Positions 1 through 15,000 of a DNA stretch of 64,000 nucleotides are shown here, piece after piece; positions within the stretch are counted from its first letter, which is position 1; the number at the start of each line of letters is the position of its first letter. Both the position numbers and the translations under genes were made by a program. Origin of the DNA: Candidatus Omnitrophota bacterium (GTDB lineage: Bacteria; Omnitrophota; Gorgyraeia; Gorgyraeales; Gorgyraeaceae); contig JAUYDX010000042.1 of assembly GCA_030691625.1 (NCBI GenBank), positions 463 to 64,462 of the forward strand. The letters are read 5' to 3'. The notes below the pieces were generated by a model. The model was not told the origin of the DNA, ran no database searches, and saw only the letters and a list, made by a program, of their open reading frames with translations.

Positions 1-3000
1 ATCGTAAATGGCGGGACAATGGACGCGTCAGAATACGGGAGCATAGATTCAGACGCCAATAAAAAGGACAGGTCTGCTTTAGCTGACGGCAGGATGTTTT
101 TACAGAGCTCGCTATTATCCCTGCCCAGAAATACTGACGGCAGCGCCCTTGACTGGACCAGGTCAGGCGCGCATGCCATGATAGCAAGGCAGACCCTGAC
201 TGTACCTGGCCAGGACCACACTCACACCAGGGTCTGGACAGCCATATTTGACACTGAAGGAAATCTTGTAGCTCTTATTTCTATTGACCTGGATGAGAAT
301 GAAAGGCCTATAAATCCAGGTCCTGTGATGAGCGATGGTTCAGGAAGGATAAGGCTCACAAGGATAACCCAGGGAAATACCACTTACACAGCCATCTGGA
401 GCGCAGACGGCAAGACGCTTCTTGCGGTTTACGCAGTGACAAGGTCTGGAAGCGGCTGGTCTAGCGCCACAGTTACAGATACGCCTCCTCCTGGGAGCCC
501 TTTAAGCGTGGGCCAATACAACCTGGAGAACACAATAACACCAGAGGCTGTTTCTCCAAATGCCTTATTATCCCTGCCAAGCGGGGTTCCGGCGTCTGCC
601 TGGGATCGAGTGAACGGCAATAGCCGCATAATAAGGGCTACGCAGCAGTTTGTAAAAGACGGCATCACGCTCACGCGTGAATGGACAGCTGTGCTTGATG
701 AATTTGGGAATGTAATAGCGCTCTTTTTTGCCGATTATACTGATTATAAAGATCCTGATCCGGCTAAGAAGAAGCTTGTTAACTCCGGCTCACAGTTCAA
801 TATAGGCGGGGCAATGGGCAAGACCCAGAGGGCTATAGTGACCAAGGATGGCAAGACCATATTTATTACAGGCATATTTGACAGTTCAAATAAGCTCATA
901 GCAGTGCTCTGCGTTACCATAGGGCAGAATGGCAGTATTAGTGGCGCAAAGCTTGAATCCGCTGCTACGCTTGGCATAAGAGATCTGCAGGATATGAAGA
1001 ATCTTAGCGATGAAGCTAAGGGTGAATTAGCCAGGTGGCTTGGCGTAGATTCTGCCAGCTTAAATAACCTTAGATGGACCAGCATGTCCAAGCCCACAGG
1101 GCCTGAAGGGTTTGATCTTACCGGAATGAGTGAGGAAAATAAAAGCAAAATACCTGAGTCAGGAGGCAATGCCTATAAAAATAAAATTGTAATAGTCAGC
1201 AATGACGGCATGACATGGTATGCCTTGTACGATGAAAATGGGAATCTCAAAAACCTGATTAAAGTTAATTCAGATAAGAGCGTTGAGGTCCAGAGCGGGC
1301 TCACAGGATTTGATTTTAGCGATATAGATATGGCTACATGGAATATACTACTTGATTGCCTTGAGAATCCAGGGGCGCATAAAAATGAGATATTATCTTT
1401 ATCGTTAGAAAATGGCAAGCGCCAGGACATGGGAGACAAGTGGAGGCAATGGACATTTGTATTTAATGACAAAGGCGAGCTTACAGCAGTGACTTATATA
1501 GATATTGATAAAACAAGCGGTAAGACTATTGGATACAATATCCAGCGCAGGACAGCCACAGAGTATAAAAACCATCCTGGTTATTACAATATAAGCATCA
1601 CTACAAGAGGCATGCAGATCTTCAGGGACGCGCATGACAATGTCATCCATATAATCAGGGAATACAGCGAGGCCTCAGAGACATGGACGCATATAGACAA
1701 AAATGATAACGGCATAGTGGATGAAGGCGATGAGATGAAGAAAAATGTGTCTTCCAGCAGGTATCAAAAAGACACATTCATGTTCTGGGATTATACCAGG
1801 GATTCTGATCCAAATAAAGAAGGCATGCAGGCTTCTCTTGGCAGATATACCACTATTGAGCAGAGCACGAGTTTTGATGACTGGTGGGACGGGGTGAATA
1901 TAAAGGATTTGAAAAATGCTGATGAAAGCCCTGTTAATTTTGGGCCTGAGGTGCGAGATGGGGAACGCACAGGTATACAAAAACTTTCAAGCGGAAATGT
2001 CCGAGTATGGACAGCTGTATATGAGAACGGGGTGCTCAAAAGCTTATCTTATAAAGAATATAAAAATTTTACAGATTTAGAACACAGAGGAGAACAGGTA
2101 GGGGATGAGGCCAAGGACCTGCACGAATGGGTGCATAAGAGAGAATCCAATTCATATTATAAGGAGAGGCATATTACGCTCGGCGCTGATGGCAAAGCCA
2201 CAGGTTATAATTCAGTAGTGGAAAGCAAGAGCTGGATAAAATGGGACGCGTATAGGAGCTCAAATACACAGGCAGGCAATGAGATACAGGGAAGTTCGAA
2301 CAGCAAAGACCAGACCCCGTGGTATAGAAGGGAATTAACTGTAACATTTAGCAACGGGGATCCTACAAGCACTGTATTGCACGAATTCGGGCTTAAGTAT
2401 GACAAAGAACATCCAAGCGGGTTTTATTACATAAGGCATGTGGAGGATGACAAGGCTAAGGTAAATACCGGATCTAAAAATTATTACATAGTAAGCCCTG
2501 TGGCTAATGAACATGACCATAAGGCAGGAAGCTGGTATTATTATAATCCTGAAGCCAAAGAGGGCGAAGATCCCTGGTTAGGGCTAATAACTTTTACAAA
2601 TGGCAAGGCAGATGGGACATCTATACCTGAACCAGGGATAACCAAAAGGCCCAGCTTGCCATCTGACGAAGATTATAGTTTAGATAATGATGATAAAGGT
2701 AATAAAGACTGGCGGAAGAAAAACATGTCAATGGGCGCCAATAACCGAATTCCCGGGCCCTCTGTGGAAGCCCTGAGAAATGCGCCTGATACAGCATTGC
2801 CGTCAGGTTTTTACGACAGGCCGCAGGATGGAGAAGCTGGTTCAGGAGAAGAATTTGACTATACAGACTGGAAATATGACAAGGAAACAGGCCAGCTCTG
2901 GATGCCTGTTACACGCCAGATTATTGAGTATAAGCTCAGCGGCTCAGGCGAGAATGCGAAACGCATAGGCGAAACCAGGAAGACCTATGAGTATATACCT

Positions 3001-6000
3001 GGATACGGCTGGTTCTATGTGTCAAAAGAGGTGACTACATACCTTACCTGGAAAACAGTCAATACGGGCAGGACATATTCAGACGGAACGCCTGTAACAA
3101 ACGAGATGGTGACAAGCTCTGTCACAGACTTCTACGATGTTGTGGGAGGGCTTGAGATACTCACATCCAGGACAAAGACAGAGGTCATATTTGAGGGAAC
3201 AGGGCCTGACAAAAAGATATCTTACACGCAGGTTACTTATTATACCTGGATAGGCGGATCTTTTATTGAATCAGGCATGACAAGGACATACCAGGAATAC
3301 GATGAGCTTGGAGAGTACCGCAAAAAAATAGATACATTTGAAATAATCCCTGGTTCTGACCCATTGCTTATAAATACCCAGTTTGTAAAGGTGGCTCTGG
3401 AAGACATAAATCAGGATGGGAGGCTCGAATCTGTAACTACTGCCAGGACATTTGAGTTTGGCATAGAAACAGGGACGCAAAAGACATGGAATGAGATAGC
3501 TGTAATAAACGGGGAGCTTAGAAGGCTTACCAATGCGCTTAATTATGAGATACCGGGAAGCGACCTAGCCTCTACATTGTCTCTTACCTACAGGACAGTA
3601 GACCCTGAAAAAGGCCCTGTAACAGTCACTAATATTTATGATGTCCTGGGCTCGACTATACCTATATTTAATCTGCCTTATTTAGGCATACCAAGCTCTG
3701 TCATACACAGCTATAAGGCGCCTAATACGCCTGCCAATATAGCAGCTGGCCAGGCTCCTGTGGTGACAATAGTAAATAATTACATACAAATAACCCGCGA
3801 TCTTATTTTATTAGAGAACATGCAGAGGATATACAACATGGCTGTGCAGATAGCAGGCGGAGGCACCAGGTTCGGCCAGGTAGTGGAAAATTACATAGAC
3901 ATAAATTCCAATAATATCCTGGATAGCGATGATTTCCTCGAATACAAGACCTTCACATATTGGGATAAAGTCAAGAACAGGAAAGGCGAGGATGTGCCCG
4001 GTCAGGTTATAGAAACTATAATAGATGTAGCTGGTAAGGAGTTTATAGAGTCAGTAAAACATGTGTATAAAGAGCCGGGCACAATAGGCGGCAAGCCTGT
4101 AATCTTTACAATCACTGATTATTTTGAATCAGGCGTAAAGCTTTCCACGCAGGTATCCTGGAAGATCATTGAAACAATTCAGGACCCCAGATATCCCAAT
4201 GACCCTGCCAGGACTATTCAGAGGCTTGTTACAATAACAGAATTTTATGAATTAGAAACCAAGATTGCCACACAGAGGTCATGGAAAGAGGAGCAGGAAG
4301 TAAAGGTAACCATTAATGGCAGAGAACTTGTCATTAAGACAATGGTGACGATTACAGAGACAGAGGAATTCGATATCCTGACAGCCATACAAAAGGCGTA
4401 TAAATACGCTGAAAACGGGAAGCTCATCCAGGTCATTGAAAATTACGACCCTGTATTCAGCGAAGATGACCCTGTTTCCATCCAGAAAATATTTTATGAC
4501 AAGCGTATAATTTCAGATGATACAGAAAAGTTTGTAAAGGTTATTGAGACATACGAATTCGGCATAAAATCCCTTACCCAGTATATCTACTATGACGAGA
4601 AAGACACTACGCACGGAAGGCTAAAGGTCCAGGTGATTGAGAATAGATTAGAGATTGGCAGTGAAAACATTGTCCAGTCAATACAGTATGTTTACAGGTT
4701 TGAGGAGACAGTTGTCACAGACCTTGCTACAGGCGGGGAAGGCAAAAAACTGGTAAGCGTCATAGAGACCTATGAAGGCGCAGGCAAGGAATATTTCCTG
4801 ACCCAGGTCCAGTATGATTACAGCGTTAAAGGCAGGGATTCTGAAGATACCAGGGATGTTGTTAAAAGGGTCAGTATATATCTTGACCCTGTTTTAAAAG
4901 AGGGCAATGAATACAGCCTTATACCCATATCCCTGCAGGCCACGTGGAAGGAAAGGAGCGCTAAGGATCCGACCAAGATACTCACGTTTACAGACTTCTA
5001 TGAGATGTTAGAAGGCGGGAAACTTTTTAGCTTAAGCCGCCAGATATCTTCCAAGGCCAAGGAAAAGATAAATGGCATAGATACGCTTGTGACAATAACT
5101 GACATCTATGAATCAGGGGTAAAGACAGCCACACAGAAGACATGGAAGGAAACAAGGGATATAACCATAAAACAGGACGGCAAAGATATTATCGTAAAGG
5201 CCCTCCAGACAGTGACTGAAACAAGGGAATTTGACATAGAGATGCTTACCTCTATCCAGAAGTCATTCAGGTATATAGAGGAAGGAAAGCTCATCCAGCT
5301 CATTGAAAACTTTGACCCTGTGTTCAGCTCTACTGAAGCGATTTCCATCCAGAAGATATATTATGAGGAGCGCGAGATAGCTGATAAGACAAATAGGATT
5401 GTAAAGGTCATTGAGACATACGAATTCGGCATAAAAGACCCCACAGCTGTCCAGTATATTTATTTTGAAGAAAAAGACACCACTCACGGACGGCGCAGGG
5501 TCCAGGTAGTTGAGAATAGATTCATGGGTATTGTGCAGTCAATCCAGCATATTTACAAGCTGGTAGAGAAGGACCTGATAGTTGACCTTGCGCTAAAGAC
5601 AAAAGGCGATAAGCTCGTGACTGTCATAGAGACCCTGGAAGGCGCAGGAAGCGAGTTCTTCCTGACTCAGGTCCAGTGGGATTACTCAATCAATGGCAAG
5701 GATTCCAATAATAAGGATGTCATTAAGAGGGTCAGCTTATACTTTGAGCCTGGGCTTGACGAATATATCTCCATGCAGGTTACATGGAGAGAACAGGGGA
5801 GAAGAGGAGACAGGGTAGCTGAAACTGATGTGGCTTTGACCATAACAGAGACTTACGAGTTTGACACTAAAGTCTCTACTCAAGTTTCCTGGAAGGAAAA
5901 ATCTGCGCGCGTAATAGGCAACCGCATTGTGCCTACGCTGTTTACTATCACAGAGTTTTATGAGCTGGGCATAGTTGATGAGGCGCACAAGATCACTGTC

Positions 6001-9000
6001 CAGGCATCCTGGAGGCAGAAAGAGACAATAAACGGCAAAGAAACAGTCGCCAGTTATATTGATACCAGGGAATTCGGCATATTCACTTCTGGCCAGAAAA
6101 CCTGGAAAGAGGTCATAAACCTGACAGATGCAAGCAAAAATCCTTATAAGAGGATACAGACTGTAATAGAGACGCGGGAATTTGACATACTTACTTCAAC
6201 GCAGAAGATATATTATGATAATATCGAGACAGCTTATGGCAATAGATTGGCGAAAGTTGTTGATACCTATGAGTTAGGCCTAAAGGACCCGACCTCGACC
6301 CAGTATATCTATTATATCAGGAATGAAAATGTCTCTGGCTCTCCAACTACATTGATCCAGGTGATTGAAAACAGGATACGTATCGGCAGCGACAGCTTTA
6401 CTCAGTCTATCCAGTATGTGTATCATAAAAAAGAAAACGTGCCCCTGGATTCTGCTAATCCTGGCAGTCTTACCTCAAGGCTGGTCACTGTAATAAAGAC
6501 ATACGAAGGCGATTTCAGCCAGGGCGTTGATGAAAAAGGCCTGCTTAAAGGAGCGATTTTAACCCTTACCCAGTTTGATTACACTATTAAAGGCAGGGAT
6601 TCCAGCAATACAAGAGACGTTCTTAAAAAGGTCAGCCTGTATTTTGAACCAGGTATCAGCGAATTTGTTTCCATGCAGGTTACATGGAGAGAAAAAGGCC
6701 AGAGAGGCGGGAACGATGTTGTCCTTACAATAGCCAAGAATTACGAATTAGGAATTAAAGACCCTATTTCCACGCAGATTACATGGAAAGAGCCTGGCAA
6801 AAAGAATAATGTACCCACTTTACTTACAATCACAGAAACCTTTGAGCCGGGGATTGACCAGTATGTATCAAAACAGATTTCCTGGAAAGAAAAAGGCGTT
6901 AAGAAATTGGGCAATGTAAATACCGAGGTCCTGATTACCACCACTGAATACTATGAGATAGGCTTTAGTGATGCAATTTCTACCCAGAAAACCTGGAGAT
7001 ACACTGACTCTAATCTGACAAACCCGATTACAAATACCAGGTTTGGGAAAAATCTTCTTGTAACAGTAATTGAGAATTACGAACTTGGCACTGTAGGCGC
7101 GATCTCAACACAGTATGTTGTTAAAGATGGTAAATATACCTATATAGTTACATACGAACTCGGCATGGGAGATCAATGGACATCAGTTCAGAGGATCTCC
7201 AAAGAATTTAAGGATAATAAATTTGTCACTACCACCGACTACTTTGAGCCGGGCATATCTGACCCAGTCGCAACCCAGAAGACCTGGAAGGAGGTAAGAA
7301 CAGATGTCATTAACCCACTTACAGGAAAAGCCTTTGGAACTAAAAAGATTGTAACAGTGACCGAGAACTATGAATTAGGCATTGATAAGGCAGTCTCCAC
7401 CCAGAGAGTCTTTAAGGATGGCTTATTTACTTATGTAGCTACCTATGAAACAATCGCGGGCCTGGCAGAAGGCCAGTGGTCAAGCGTGCAGAAGATCTTC
7501 AGGCAGTATGACAAGACAAAAGACAAGATAGTGACCACTACGGAATATTATGAATTCGGAATAGTAGGCGCAGCTGTCTCCACCCAGAAAACGTGGAAAG
7601 ACATAGCGACTAAGAATGTAAAACCGGATGGCGCTAGCATCCTGGGCGGCATGGACTTCACAGGCAAGCTCGTCACAATCACCGAGAACTATGAATTAGG
7701 CATTGATAAACCTCTTATAACCCAGTATGTGGTAAAAGCTCTTCAAGGCAATGTCTTTAATACCTATATAATTACATACGAACTTGGCATCAGCGACAAG
7801 CAGTGGACAGGCATCCAGAGGATCTCCAGGGCATTTGAAGACAGGCAAACTAAAGGAAAGGTCCTTGTCACCACAACCGATTACTTTGAGCCAGGCATAT
7901 CTGACCCAGTAGCCACTCAGAAGACATGGAAGATGGTTGCAGAAAAAAGCACCGCAGATAAACTTAACGGCATTGAATTAAAAGGCAAGCTCGCCACAGT
8001 CACTGAAAACTATGAATTAGGAATCACTGAACCTCTTACAACCCAGTACACAGTAAGAGCCATCCAGGGAGGCATCCTTAATACCTATATAGCCACGTAT
8101 GAAACAGGCCTGGGAGACCAGTGGAGTTCCATACAGAGAATAACAAGAGACTATGACACTAAACTTAACAGGCTCGTCACCAAAACAGAATATTTTGAAC
8201 CGGGCATATCTGATCCAGTAACAACACAGGAGACTTGGAAGAGCGTAGCTGTCAAAGGCACACTGCTTCCTATGGGCGGAGACCTAACAGGCAAGCTCGT
8301 TACAATCACTAAAAACTACGAGCTTGGAATACAAGAGGCTGTATCCACCCAGTACGTAGTCAAGGCGCTTCAGGGAGATGTATTTAATACCTATATAGCC
8401 ACATATGAATTAGGCCTTGGGGAACAGTGGTCTTCCATACAAAGGATATCAAGGGCATTCACAGGCGGCAAAATAGTCACCACCACAGATTACTTTGAGC
8501 CGGGCATATCTGACCCAGTCGCAACCCAGAAGACATGGAAGATGGTGGCAAGCGAAAGCACTTCAGAAAAGCTTAACGGCATTGAATTAAAAGGCAAGCT
8601 CGCCACAGTCACTGAGAACTATGAATTAGGAATTGCCGAACCTATTACAACCCAGTACACAGTAAAGGCATTCCAGGATAATCTCATAACCACCTATATA
8701 GCCACGTATGAAATAGGCCTTGGAGACCAGTGGACATCAATACAGAAGATAACCAGAGACTATGACACTAAGCTTAATAGAATTGTCACCACCACAAAAT
8801 ACTTTGAGCCAGGCATAGAAGGCTATATAACCAGACAAGAAGCCTGGAAGAGTGTAGCTGTACAAGGCACAGTTCTTCCAATGGCTGGAGACCTCTCCGG
8901 CAAACTTGTAACAGTCACAAGGAACTTTGAGCGCGGCATAGAAGAGGCTGTATCTACCCAGTATGCGGTAAAGGCATACCAGGGAGGAGTCCTTAATACC

Positions 9001-12000
9001 TATATATCAACATATGAATTAGGCCTTGGAGACCAGTGGTCAACCATCCAGAAGATCTCAAGGGAATTCAAGGACAATAAGATAGTTACTACCACTACCT
9101 ATATAGAGCTTGACACTGTAACAAGCATCCAGGAATCCTGGAAGGAAGTAAATAAAGGAAGGATAGAGACCATAACAGACACCTATGAATTCGGCATAGG
9201 CTTTGACACCCGTAATGACCCGGCCAAGAGAATCACCTACGCCCTCACTCACCAGGTATCCTACAGGGAGATCACGGACAACAGGATCAGTACCACCATA
9301 GATACCTATGAATTAGGGGCTGATTTTATAAGCTCTACCCAGAAAATCTCCAAGCGCGATACAGGCACAAGGATCGAGACCGTAACCAACACATATGACC
9401 TCGGCAAGATCGAAGACTACGCCTGCACCCAGCAGATTGCCTGGAAACAATTAGAATCCGGCAAGCTCGTCACAATAATCGAGAACTACGAACTCGGCAA
9501 TATCTTCACCTTTAGCCAGAAGATCACTAAAGAGTATGTGAACGGAAGAGCTGAAACCACCACCACCTATTATGACATGGCGCATTACGAGGCCGGCAAG
9601 ATGAACGAGGCAATCGCCATTAAGCAGGTCTCCTGGAGGGAAAAAGACGGCGACAAGATAAAGACCGTAATAAAGACCATAGAGCTTGACACTGTGACAA
9701 GTATCCAGGAATCCTGGAAGGAAGTAAATAAAGGAAGGATTGAGACCATAACAGATACCTGGGACATGGGCTTAAAAGGCGAAAAATCCGCCCTCACTCA
9801 CCAGGTCTCTTTTAGGGAAATCACCGGTAATAGGATCACTACAACAATAGATACCTATGAATTAGGCGCTAGCTTTATAAGCTATACCCAGAAGATCTCC
9901 AAGCGCGATACAGGTAAAGCAATCGAGACTGTTACCAATACCTATGAACTCGGCAAGATCGAAGACTACGCATGCACCCAGCAGGTTGCCTGGAAACAGC
10001 TTGAAGGCACAAAGCTCGTTACAATAATCGAGAACTACGAACTCGGCAATATATTCACATCAAGCCAGAAGATAACAAAGGAATACGTAAACGGAAGGGC
10101 AGAGACCACTACCACCTATTATGACATGGCTCATTACGAGGCCGGCAAGATGAACGAGGCAATCGCCATAAAACAGGTATCCTGGAGGGAAAAAGACGGC
10201 TCAAGGATAAAGACCACCACCAAGACCATAGAGCTTGACACTGTAACAAGCATCCAGGAATCCTGGAAGGAAGTAAATAAAGGAAGGGTTGAGACCATAA
10301 CAGATACCTGGGACATGGGCTTAAAAGGCGAAAAATCCGCCCTCACTCACCAGGCCTCTTTCAGGGAAATCACCGGTAATAGAATCACTACCACAATAGA
10401 TACCTATGAATTAGGCTCCAGCTTTATAAGCTATACCCAGAAGATCTCCAAGCGCGATACAGGTAAAGCAATCGAGACCGTAACCAACACCTATGAACTC
10501 GGCAAGATCGAAGACTACGCATGCACCCAGCAGGTTGCCTGGAAACAGCTTGAAGGCACAAAACTCGTTACTTTTGTTGATACGTATGAACTTGGCAAGC
10601 ACCTGACACAGACTCAGAAGATATGGAAAGAAGCAGTAATAGACGCAACTGGAAAAGTGACAAGGGTTGACACAATCACGCTGTATTATGAGTTGGGATA
10701 CGAAAACGCATTTAATGTTGTTGAGCAAAGGTCATGGAAAGAGGTCTCAGATAGCGGCAGAATAGTTACTGTCATAGAGACAAAGGAAGCAGGGATAGTT
10801 ACAGGGATCCAGAAGTCATGGAAAGAGGAAAGGGATAATAACGGCCAGAAGGTAATAGCCACCATAACTGATTATTATGAATTAGGGTCTGACATCGCTT
10901 ACACAAGGCAGATTGCGTGGAAGGAGATAAGGGAAAGCAAATCATTAAGTGAATATACAGATTTAGGAAAGAAGATAGTGAGCGTTACTGAAACCTATGA
11001 AGGCATGCCAGGCTCCAGGGTCCTGATATCTACGCAATATTCCTTCAGGCATGCGCAAGATAATAAGATATATACCTATACATTGACAGAGGAATTTTCC
11101 GCCAGAATCCTTACCTCTATCCAGATATCCTACAAATATGATGACGCTAAAAAAGGCCTTGTAACTGTTATTGAAAACTACGAGCCGGGTATAAAGGATG
11201 CCAATGGGCTTATAAAGATTTCCTGGCAGGAGATATATTATGGCGCGCGGAAGACAATAGAGGGAGATAAGAGGGTAAAGGTAGTTGAGAACTATGAATT
11301 CGGCATCCAGGGACCAGCGCTTACGCAATATATCTACTACAGGGATTATAAGGATGCCCCAGGCGACGGCATAAGGATCCAGGTGGTAGAGAATATCATA
11401 AAGGTAGGGACTGGTGATTTTATCCAGTCAGTCCAGTATATCTACCGCAAATATGAGGATGTGCCTGATCTATCTGGCGGATTAAAGAATAAGCTCGTCA
11501 GTATAATAGAGACGTATGAAGGCGATCTTAGCCAGGGTTTTGACGCATCCAAAGGCCAGTTCAATGCCGCATTTCTCACCCAGACCCAGAAGGACTACAC
11601 TGTATTCCACGATGATAAGCTGAAGAGGATAAGCCTTTATTTTGAGCCAGGGCTTGAGCAGTATATATCCATGCAGGCCTTCTGGAGGGAACTTGGCAAG
11701 GATACCGCGGGAAGGGATACTGTCCACACTGTGGCAGATTCTTATGAATCTGGTATCCAGGATCCTATCAGCACCCAAAGGAGCTGGAAGGAACTGCTGG
11801 ATACAGAGGCATTAAGCGACTCTTATGTAAAGTTAGGCCAGAAGATCGTGAACATAACCCAGACTTATGAAGGCGCGCGAGGGTCAATGTCTCTAGTATC
11901 AACCCAGTATTCATTTAAAGACGTAAAGGATGATGTAGTTTATACCTATATATTAAATAAGGAGTTTGATGCCCAAATCCTTACATCAATCCAGAGGACG

Positions 12001-15000
12001 AATAAATACATAGACAAAGAAGGCCATCTTGTAACTGTTATTGAAAACTACGAGCCGGGTATAAAGGATGCCAATGGGCTTATACGCATTTCCTGGCAGG
12101 AGATATATTACGACAGGGTAGAAACAGTGGACGGCCAGAAGACCGTAAAGGTAATAGAGAATAATGAATACGGGATAAAAGGTTATACCTTAAAGCAGTT
12201 CATCTATTACGCTGAAAAAGACACAACAGGCGGCAAGAGGATAGTCCAGGTAACAGAGAATTACGAATATGGCATGCCAGTAGACAAGCCTCTCTCCATA
12301 ACATACAGTTACCACGATGTAAGGACCATAGCTAACGGGTCTGAAAAGCTTGTCCAGGTAACTGAAAATAAGATACTGGCAGGCGACGCTTATTTAATTG
12401 AATCAATAAATTATTCTTACCGCAAATCAGAAGATATATCCTTTGACACCAAGGCAGGACAGAAGACGAGGATGGTGACCGTAATAGAGACATATGAAGG
12501 GTTGTTTACCAGTGACGTAAATATCGCGACCAGTGAGCGTATGGCAGGGGCTGTGCTTACAGGCGTCCAGTGGGAATATTCCATTGTGGATGAGGGAAAG
12601 CTCAAAAATGTCACAGCGTATTTTGACCCTGGATTATTAGACAAGCCTACTGCGGTCCAGTATAAATATAAGGCAATGGAAGGGGATATCTTAAAGACCA
12701 TAATAGACACATACGAGAGCGGTGTTTATATTTCCCAGCAGAAGATATGGAAGGTAAAAGAAGGGTTTAAGGATGTCCTTACAGGCGAAGATCTGTCAAT
12801 GCGGTTAGTTACCTATATTGAGAATTATGAGCTGGGTACCCTTGTAAATACCCAGGAGACATGGAAGCAGATAGAGACCATAGGCGGCCAGCTTACCAGT
12901 GTAACATACACTGTTACGTATGAATTAGGGGATAAGGCAATGCCGCCTCTAATTGACAGGTCTTATAAGGTTAAAGACGCTAAATTGGGCATAGTGACTC
13001 TTATTGAGGCATATGAATATGGGATTAAAGACACCCCTTCATCTATTAAAAGGACATACTATGTTTCTATGGACGCGACTAACCTTACTGTAGAAGACAA
13101 TAAAGCTAGGACCGTAAAGGTCATAGAGACATATGAATATGATTTAGCGAAAAACATTGACCCGTCCAAGGCCAATAAGCTTTCCTCATTGCAGTATATC
13201 TACTGGGATGAGAGAGCCACGCATGACAGCGGGAATACAAAGCGCAGGGTCAAGGTAGTGGAGAATTTTATAAATATAGGCGAGCCCAAACCTATCAGGG
13301 ACAATACCCAGTATATCTTTAATAAGACTGAAAAGGTTGCGGGCGGGGAAGACAGGGTAATCCAGGTCATAGAAAATTATGTCCACTATGGAGCTGGCAA
13401 TGCTGACAAGTTTTTAGAGGCAATCCAGTATGTGCATAAGGAAAATATAAACGGCGTATTGGTTACTGTGATCCGCAATATGTTCAGCGCAGGAAGCGGG
13501 GTTTATCTTGATAATATCCAGCATATTTACAATATAAAGGAAGGGAATAGGCTGGTCCAGGTCACTGAAACCTATTTCTCAACAGGCAAGGTGGATTTTG
13601 ACAGCGTTACAAAAGACCAGACATGGACACAAGGCGAAGAGGTCCTGGATTATACCCAGTATATGCATAAAGAACTTATGGAAAAGCCGGGGGTTAAGGA
13701 TCCTGTTGTAGTCACTGTCATAAGGAATGTATATAAGGCCGGCGATACATTATTTGTCGAGAGCATCCAGCATATATACAAGGCTGAAATTACATCCAAA
13801 CTTGACGGGAAGCCCCATCTTACTACAGTTTTGGAAAATTATGTGGTTACAGGCGAAGAGACCATGCTTGATACCATACAATATATCTATAAGAAACTGG
13901 ACGGTGACACAATAAAGCAGGTTATTGAAAACTATGTAAGGATAGCTGGAAAAGATTACTTAGAGAATTACCAGTTTAGCTATTATGACAAGGTCCAGGT
14001 CAATACAGGCGGTGAAAGAGTTGCAAAGGTAATTGAGACGCATTTAATAATAGGCGATAAGGACTGGCTTGATACAAAGCAGTTCATCTATAACGACGTA
14101 AGAGGGGGCAAAGGCGTACAGGTTGTTGAAAATTACACCTATTACGGGGATATAAATAAGCCGGCTGTATTTTTAGCATCTGTCCAGTATATGTCCAACA
14201 CTGTTGAGGAGATTAACGGCGCAAAGCGGGCAGTGAGGGTGATAGATAGCTATGATGTTATTGGCTCGCAGGAACCTGGCAAATCTACATATATCCAGAC
14301 TACAAGGGATAAGGTTTACGCTGAATATAAGGACGCCGACAATGACGGGCGTAAGGAATTAGTAAGGACAACCATTTCTTATGACAGGATAGGATTGAAC
14401 GGACAGGATGCGTTTATAGCGTCTACAATGCGCGATACCTGGAAATTGATTATTAATGGAGAGGTGATTGAAAGGAGCGTGAATTACCAGTATGTGGTAG
14501 CGTCTACAGCAGGATGGGTAACCGGGACATCAGGCGACATGTCTAATAACATTAATAATAGCGCTGTACAGTTCTGTTACTCAATGGATGACAGGAAAAA
14601 AGAGATCCGCAATATAGACGGTAAAGCTACTCTCGCGCTTATAACCAGGTCTTATGAATATCTCGGCGCCTGGTACGATACGGATAACGCAGGAGGCGCA
14701 AGCCAGCGCATACTTATGGGAGAGCAGGTGTCTTACAGGGCGTTATTTACAGACGTAGATGGCAAAACCAGGGTGGCAACAATCATACTTTCATATGAAT
14801 TCTACAGCGATAAGGATAATGTAGACCTTAAACTTTTAACAGGCAGGAAGATCACATACGCGGAGTGGGACGCGGCTGAAAACAAATTAAAACAGGTGGA
14901 GATAACAGATGAGTTTGTGGATTTTTCATACCTTGGCATGGACCTGACAGGGTTAGACCCAAAGACAGTAAGGGAAATCCTGGATCTTGCGGCTATAGAA

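Larger units (their letters stand above)
2960..14920 (+). repeat. About 4,000 aa array of 25-35 aa beta-hairpin repeats, consensus approx KLVTVIE(N/T)YE(L/F/P)GI..(S/T)(T/I)Q..W/Y-K-E
   Basis: Examples: RLVTITEFYELETKIATQRSWKE (4222), FVKVIETYEFGIKSLTQYIYYD (4531), KLVTITENYELGIDKPLITQYVVK (7666). The sequence is Thr/Tyr/Ile/Glu/Lys-rich with alternating beta-strand patterning. Confidence 0.9.

Noticed and set aside
6949-10571. Repeated DNA that could suggest a CRISPR array or mobile element
   Set aside because: Units are multiples of three and hundreds of bases long, coding, with wobble-position variation. There are no unique spacers, terminal inverted repeats or transposase.
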